Assembly: GCA_965237675.1 (NCBI GenBank)
Contig: OZ250150.1
Span: 1,408,001 to 1,472,000, forward strand
Reading direction: 5' to 3'
DNA from: Candidatus Latescibacterota bacterium
Lineage (GTDB): Bacteria > Latescibacterota > UBA2968 > GCA-2709665
Length of the DNA: 64,000 bases
This document shows positions 58,045 to 64,000 of this stretch, one piece after another. Positions within the stretch are counted from its first letter, which is position 1, and each line of letters opens with the position of its first letter. A model generated the notes under the pieces. It had not been told where the DNA came from and ran no database searches. It saw only the letters and a list, made by a program, of their open reading frames with translations. The position numbers and the translations under genes were made by a program.

Positions 58045-59732
58045 CCCGATTAATTCATGAATCGTCAGATAGAGCATTTTAAGGAAGCAGAAAGAGCTTC
58101 CGAGTGAGACAAGAAACGAAAGCGCATGGGCTGTGACGGATTTGGCGTGTTCAAGCCGTTTGGGCGGCGCCTGCTTTGCCTCGTGACGTCAGGTTGACCT
58201 CGATGCCCGTGTCAAGCGCACAGACTTCTCCATGACCTTTGGTGGTGGTCGATGCAAATGTGAAGGCGGGGTCAGCACGTCGATGGGTTATGGAACACCC
58301 GTTGCCAGATTATAGAGGATCTTGCCATAAAGGTGTTTGAGTGGAAACGCCGTTGGCAGATGGAACTTGATTTTAGTTTTCAACTCACAAACGCGCCCGG
58401 CGACTTTCAAGAGACGATTTTGCAGGGTATTGAACTGTGCGTTGGTCCACTTCGTGCCGCGCAATCCGATTGCAGCCAGGCTGTGCATCAGGACATAGGC
58501 GGCGCTGTGGAGAAAGAGACGGAAGTGATTGGCCTGGAAGGTGTGACAAGAGGTGCGATCGGAATGGAGAAAGGTCTTGTGATTTTTGATGAAGTTTTCC
58601 ATCCTGCCGCGTGTGCAATAGGCGGTTTTGTAGATGAATGACGGTTGGGCGCGCTTCAGGTTGGTGACCACGAATCGGATATTGACACCTTGCGGTGTCA
58701 CTTCCGCCTTGCAGACGATGCGTTGTGGACACGCCCAGGTGCCGGCCTGATAGGCCCAACAGCGATAAAGGCGCACGGTTTCTCCGGAATCGGCATACCG
58801 CGTTTTGGCCTGGTCTATCAAGGACTGTGCCTTCCGCAGGAGTTTGGCGTTGCCGTTCTGTCCGAGGACAAAATACACATCTTCTTCCTCACACAACACG
58901 TGCACTTCCGGACACGAAAAATGCGCATCGCCACGTAACAGGATCTCCACGTCGGGCCAGGCTTTACGCAGGTAGGCGATCACCCGTTTGAGGATGGTGA
59001 CGATCTCTTTACCCGCAGGCCGCCTGCCAGGACGCAAGACCGTCGTGATCAACTTGCCGGTTTGGCCTTCATAGATATGCAGGGGCTGGTAGCAATAGCC
59101 ATTGAAATACGCATTGAACAACGACAACTGTTGAGACCCATGCACCTTGTCTTCGGTGTCATCGATGTCCAACAGAATGGCTTCCGGCGGTTCCTCATAC
59201 GAGGCGACAAACACATCCGCAAAGGCCTTGGCGATCCGATACAAATCGGTTCTGCTGATGCGGTTCTCGAACCGACTCATCGTGGGCTGACTGGCCAGGT
59301 CCGCGCCAGACAACGGCAACCGATCACAGGCCGCCTTGAAGCCGGGGTCCTCGCGTAACGTCTTGCAATCATTCGCATCCTCATACCCACAGGCCATCTG
59401 AAAGACACGTTGTTTGATCAGGTCCATCATCGAATGATGTACGTAACTTTGATGTCGATGATCGGTGAGCGCCGCAACCATCCGATGCAAAATGCCGACA
59501 TTGGCCTCGACCTCACGAAGCAGCATCACCCCGACGTCGGTCGTCAGCACGCCCCCGTCGAACGTGGCTTCTACCTGCCTACCAGAAAGACTTGCGAAAG
59601 ACAACCTGTGATGTTTATCTTGAACTCCCACGGTAGTTTCCTCCTGTTTCATTGTTATTAGGTTATTTGCGTAACCATAATATAATACAATGACTTGGGT
59701 ATGGAAACTACCTTTTTTGTGAATTATTCAGG
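58045..59732 (-). mobile_element. IS1380-family insertion sequence
   Basis: IRs CCCGATTAATTCA / TGAATTATTCAGG; CTAG duplication at 58041-58044 and 59733-59736. Confidence 0.88.
58288..59652 (-). CDS. IS1380-family DDE transposase
   Basis: GYEDAND, LASQPTMSRFEN, LDIDDT, LRGDAHF and RGRMENFIK motifs. Confidence 0.93.
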   Translation of the reverse strand: MKQEETTVGVQDKHHRLSFASLSGRQVEATFDGGVLTTDVGVMLLREVEANVGILHRMVAALTDHRHQSYVHHSMMDLIKQRVFQMACGYEDANDCKTLREDPGFKAACDRLPLSGADLASQPTMSRFENRISRTDLYRIAKAFADVFVASYEEPPEAILLDIDDTEDKVHGSQQLSLFNAYFNGYCYQPLHIYEGQTGKLITTVLRPGRRPAGKEIVTILKRVIAYLRKAWPDVEILLRGDAHFSCPEVHVLCEEEDVYFVLGQNGNAKLLRKAQSLIDQAKTRYADSGETVRLYRCWAYQAGTWACPQRIVCKAEVTPQGVNIRFVVTNLKRAQPSFIYKTAYCTRGRMENFIKNHKTFLHSDRTSCHTFQANHFRLFLHSAAYVLMHSLAAIGLRGTKWTNAQFNTLQNRLLKVAGRVCELKTKIKFHLPTAFPLKHLYGKILYNLATGVP

Positions 59733-60024
59733 CTAGGTTAAATGCCTCGATGTTGTCCGGTGATTTTGCATTTGTGGTCCATTCAGAGATACTGTTGAGT
59801 TGTTGACGCAAGCTGTTGATATTGAGATATCGATTAACCAGCTTCTCAAGATAGCTCCGAAGTTCATCAGGCGGATTTTTCATCGAAAACGACCTCCCAA
59901 ATGTGATTCGGGCTGCAATGAGATGTGCCCTATTGGCCTTCATGCCCTGCAAATTTGGTTCTGTTGAATTGTCAGGTTTCGGTTTTCATCCTGTCCATCC
60001 TGTTTATCCATGTTACCCTGCTCT

Positions 60025-60288
60025 TCATTTCACCAGCCCCTTTCCCCGTCCCCGGCGCAACGCCAGTTTCTGATCCGCGCGACGTGACGGATAGGCCGTG
60101 ACGACCCGATCGTCGCGGATAACGACCTTGCGATTCTTGATTTGGCGGATGGCATCCCGGTTACGCATCAGCCAGGTGTCGTTGTCAACCCGTGTTCCGT
60201 ACTTCTCAATGAGCCGGATATCTCTCTCGCGAATACCGCGCTGCTGCATGCGCGTCCGGCCATGTTTTGTGCAATCGATATCGTTCAT
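60025..60288 (-). CDS. DUF4258-like small basic protein
   Basis: TKHGRTRMQQRGI and VVTAY motifs. Confidence 0.65.
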   Translation of the reverse strand: MNDIDCTKHGRTRMQQRGIRERDIRLIEKYGTRVDNDTWLMRNRDAIRQIKNRKVVIRDDRVVTAYPSRRADQKLALRRGRGKGLVK

Positions 60289-60888
60289 TCGTCGTCTTTT
60301 TCGTTGTCTGGATCTTTCCCCAGAGTATAAATTTCCTCCAACATCCTTGTTATCCTCATTAATTCACACAAAAGGAAGTCTCCTTGCTCAAGTCATTGTA
60401 TTCTGGTTACTTAATTAACCTTATAACAATGAACCTGGAGCAACCTGGCGTGGAGGCTCAAGATAATCATCACAGAATCCTTTTCGCGAGTCTTTAGTGA
60501 GGACCTCTCCTCCCGGCCCCGTCTCCTGCGAGGAGAGGGGGAGTTGAACCAGGCGTTGCGTAAATACTGTTTTTTTACGCTCTGATTGATCGGAGAATGT
60601 CACCTCGTCACTTTCTCGATCGCAACACGCTGACCTATTACAATATTTCGCCGGGATTTTTTCAACAATGGAAACGTCTTCAGCCAATCCAACGGTTCAT
60701 TAACCGATCACGGTTCCCCCTTCCTCTCAGGAAGGGGGTTAGGGGGTAGGTCTCGCAGGTCTCGCCAGAGCTGTCGTTCTTCTTCTAACATGTCAGCCCG
60801 CAAACCTCACGCCGACTTCACTTTCTCGATTCACTCGGAAGCTGTTTCTGCTTCCTGATACCGCTATCCGTGACAATTCATGAATTAA

Positions 60889-61827
60889 TCAGGTTATTTT
60901 GTTCGATGGATCACTGGACACGCTACGTACTAATACTTCGCTCAGTTCCTTGTAGATGTTTGGCAGTTTCCCTTCAAGCCACTTCTGACGCTCCTCGGCT
61001 TGGTCATCCGCCATCAGGTCTTCTGGGATCTCGGACAGCCGCGCACATCCGGTTTCAAGAGTTCTTCTGGCATTGGAGGAGCCATTTGTCACGCGTTCGA
61101 TCTCATCATGCCAGAGGTTATAGTCGGGGAATTCCGCCGGTGAGCCAAAACTGAGATCGCCTTTGTCCAGGTCTACAACGCCAGGGATCGCGAGTTCGGC
61201 CGCCAACTTGTACAAATAGCTTGCGAATGGATTGTTTTCTGTGGGATCGAAGGCTTGGTCTGTCATTCCACCGCTATCATCGAGCAGATGTTCGCCGAAG
61301 AGATCGTTCTCGTGAATAGAGTTATGTTCTGCGCCTCCATTCATATCCGCGACCACGAGGGCACTCACGAATACGCCATGCCCAGACGCGATTTGCTCGA
61401 AATGGCTATTTGCTTCGTGCAATTCCTTGCGCCTATGGGCGAGACTTCCTTCGGCCAGAAGAACGAAGAAGAGCGGCGCCATCGTGATAATATCGGTGGC
61501 GTTAACGCCGTATCGGCGTTTGATCAGATCGTACGCCAGTCGGACCTTCGGCGGGATCTGCGCGCCGATCTGGATGGGGTCCGGATCGGCCTCGGGCGCC
61601 TTGTCGGACTCCGGAAGCGGCAATTCACCCTTGAGCACACCCGGTTCGACGTCAAGCGCTTTGGCCAAGAGATTCACGGTGTCCTCCCGAGTGTTCTGGC
61701 ACCGTTCCGGTTCGTTTTCCAGCCGCTGAATCGTGCGGGCGGAGATTCCGGACCGGTCGGCCAGATGCCGACGTGACAGCCGTTTTCCCTTGCGTAGGTT
61801 GAGGAGGCGATCATGTTCGATTTTCAT
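60889..61827 (-). CDS. XRE-family HTH protein with acidic C-terminal domain
   Basis: LSRRHLADRSGISARTIQRLE..LAKALDV; AAGGAG RBS. Confidence 0.85.
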   Translation of the reverse strand: MKIEHDRLLNLRKGKRLSRRHLADRSGISARTIQRLENEPERCQNTREDTVNLLAKALDVEPGVLKGELPLPESDKAPEADPDPIQIGAQIPPKVRLAYDLIKRRYGVNATDIITMAPLFFVLLAEGSLAHRRKELHEANSHFEQIASGHGVFVSALVVADMNGGAEHNSIHENDLFGEHLLDDSGGMTDQAFDPTENNPFASYLYKLAAELAIPGVVDLDKGDLSFGSPAEFPDYNLWHDEIERVTNGSSNARRTLETGCARLSEIPEDLMADDQAEERQKWLEGKLPNIYKELSEVLVRSVSSDPSNKIT

Positions 61828-62061
61828 GGCGTAGCTCCTTTATTTTTTCAAGGCGGGTTGCCTTGCAATCGAGACGCCATGAATATATCTGAATATTGTT
61901 TGTATTATAAGAGGCTATATAGAGAAATATCTACAATATTATTATATATAAATAGGAAATATTGCCTATAATGACCGTTTTAGCTTGTGAAAATCCGCTT
62001 CTGTCTGCCAACCCGATGCAAGAGATTAGACAAATGCGGACATTGCGCCGGGGACCCCTCA

Positions 62062-62427
62062 CGCGGGCGACCACAAGGGTCGCCCCTACAAATGCAACAT
62101 GAGCGCGGACATCGGCAAATTGATATGGCACGGTTGATGCTGGCCGCTATTTGCTGCCCGGGAGCGGTCTCGATACGAACTTCCGGGAAGGTCCGTGACG
62201 TCCGGCCTGCATGCGCTTCCACCAACGCGATGGTATACCACCTCTACGCTTCCCTTTGTGCTTGCAAGGCGACATGATTATGGCTTTAATGACAGGCATG
62301 GCGCATCCATATCAACATACGGGCGGTTCACGAACCGCCCCTACGAGAAACCGTGACGACGGTCATCGAAACCGACGACGGCGTTGATTTTGGTGCCGCC
62401 CGGGCGACCACAAGGGTCGCCCCTACA
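62062..62427 (-). repeat. Cluster of three GTAG-type REP palindromes
   Basis: GGGCGACCACAAGGGTCGCCCCTAC twice (~62065, ~62402) and GGGCGGTTCACGAACCGCCCCTAC (~62320). Confidence 0.8.
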
Positions 62428-62580
62428 AAAACGAAACATCCGTGAATTGATATCACCGCCGTTGAGCTGACCGCTGAATGCTGTAAGCTATTCGCTGTAT
62501 TCCCCTTTGTGTATACGTATGAGTACAGTTCCGTACGCTCGCAAACAGGAAGCCAATGTAAATTCGGTTTGTAGTACCAA

Positions 62581-62930
62581 CCGGAGGACCACCAGAGCAG
62601 AGCGCGCTATTCCGTTCATCTCGGAGATCGGGTACCCGCCCTCGCTGGTAGGGCAACGGGTTGTGTGCATCCTGTGAGGGTGTTCGCGCTGTGCATAAGT
62701 ACGGCCCCGCGCCCAGCGGCGACTTTTGGTTACATAATGCGGTAAGAAGAAAGAGGCAAGAAGGGAGAGGGGTTGGTAACTTTGTCATATGACACCCTCG
62801 GAGCCGGACTTTCGCTAAAGGGAATACAGAAGTGGATCGCGAAAGAGGGCGCGTAACCGGTGGGTGGCTGAGTGGCCTTCTTACCTCTACCGTCTTACGT
62901 CTCACGGTTTTAAGGAACCCTCCGGAGGCA
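62581..62930. repeat. 350-bp direct repeat, copy 1
   Basis: Identical by eye to 63459-63808. Confidence 0.92.
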
Positions 62931-63029
62931 TGGAATCTGGGGAGATGTGGGTTTTGTTTTTGTCTTTTGCTTCTCGCTTCCCGCCGAAGGCAGGAAACTT
63001 GGGGAGAGGTTGTGATTTTGGAGTTAAAT

Positions 63030-63345
63030 TCTTATTTATTATTTTCACGCCCTTTTTCTTGTACGCCCAAGAAAAAGGGCCAAAAAGAACGGCGCCGCTC
63101 AAACGCCGCGGGGCTGCTTTTCCGCGAAACCCCTCAACAGTGTCGACACGCTTTGGTGCCCTTTGTCCCTTCCATCCGTTCCTGAACCATGGTGCTGGAC
63201 GGAATAGCGCGGAAAAGCCCCCCACGCAGCCACCGGGCGGGTTAGAGTGAAGCGCGAGGGACCGCGGGGTGCTCTGACCGTTGTACGCAGGACATTTCGC
63301 GCCGTTGTTGGAATTGTAGGGCCACCCACGGGTCGCCCACGTCAG
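63030..63345. repeat. Structured repeat family B, copy 2
   Basis: Stem at 63049-63080; blocks shared with 55040-55330. Confidence 0.7.
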
Positions 63346-63458
63346 GGCAATGTTATGGGTAATGGTCTTCGCCAAGCCATATTGCAACGGACTCTCGCCG
63401 AGTTGAAGTTGACCGCTCATCTTCCGAAAGCCAGTCGGTTTTCGATCGCGAGCCCTGT

Positions 63459-63808
63459 CCGGAGGACCACCAGAGCAGAGCGCGCTATTCCGTTCATCTC
63501 GGAGATCGGGTACCCGCCCTCGCTGGTAGGGCAACGGGTTGTGTGCATCCTGTGAGGGTGTTCGCGCTGTGCATAAGTACGGCCCCGCGCCCAGCGGCGA
63601 CTTTTGGTTACATAATGCGGTAAGAAGAAAGAGGCAAGAAGGGAGAGGGGTTGGTAACTTTGTCATATGACACCCTCGGAGCCGGACTTTCGCTAAAGGG
63701 AATACAGAAGTGGATCGCGAAAGAGGGCGCGTAACCGGTGGGTGGCTGAGTGGCCTTCTTACCTCTACCGTCTTACGTCTCACGGTTTTAAGGAACCCTC
63801 CGGAGGCA
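63459..63808. repeat. 350-bp direct repeat, copy 2
   Basis: Offset 878 bp from copy 1. Confidence 0.92.
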
Positions 63809-63828
63809 GGGAATTTGGGGAGAGGTGG

Positions 63829-64000
63829 AATGGTAGAATCTTTACCATTCCTCCTCCCCTCATCTCACATTTCTTATTTTTCTCCGCCCTTTTTCTTTCT
63901 CGCCAGAGAAAAAGGGCCAAAAAGAACGGCGCTGCCCAGACGCCGCAGGGCTGGTTTTTCCGCGAATTACCTTTGGGGCATAACCTGGTCCGGTGCCCTG
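63829..64000. repeat. Structured repeat family B, copy 3 (runs off the window edge)
   Basis: Close match to 54996-55135. Confidence 0.75.

Larger units (their letters stand above)
57297..59883 (-). pseudogene. HEPN-like (AbiU2-like) gene interrupted by an IS1380, a MITE and a TAA stop
   Basis: Removing both insertions restores one 244-codon frame with RDKTIAH and one internal TAA. Confidence 0.7.

Noticed and set aside
62453-63783. 150-aa and 293-aa ORFs with identical N-termini
   Set aside because: They arise from the 350-bp duplication and read through non-coding repeats.
1-64000. Integron integrase, tRNA, rRNA or cas genes
   Set aside because: No tyrosine-recombinase or Cas motifs in the ORF track and no RNA-gene pattern seen by eye; small remnants could have been missed.

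Overview
GC-rich bacterial accessory DNA with no rRNA, tRNA or CRISPR array that I can see. The gene content (several phytanoyl-CoA dioxygenases, an ankyrin protein, a sialidase, GPP34, and a giant cadherin/FN3/LRR/dockerin-like protein) resembles marine sponge-symbiont genomes, which is an inference only. 0.3-15 kb is a decaying integron-like region without an integrase. It has attC-like hairpins, gene cassettes bounded by unusually long inverted repeats (10-20 bp), four copies of an attI-like motif, and many toxin-antitoxin loci that have often lost the toxin. 15-31 kb is a mostly plus-strand catabolic/ABC/cinA cluster, with a 3.7-kb insert flanked by a diverged duplicate of the cinA 3' end. 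31-51 kb holds transport and secreted proteins, including a ~3,050-aa surface protein split by one in-frame TAG. 51-64 kb holds TA pairs, an IS1380, a HEPN-like gene inactivated three times, and several non-coding repeat families (MITEs, REPs, an exact 350-bp duplication, a structured ~300-bp repeat). Internal deletions and nonsense codons occur throughout. All protein family calls come from motif recognition by eye; no database search was run.
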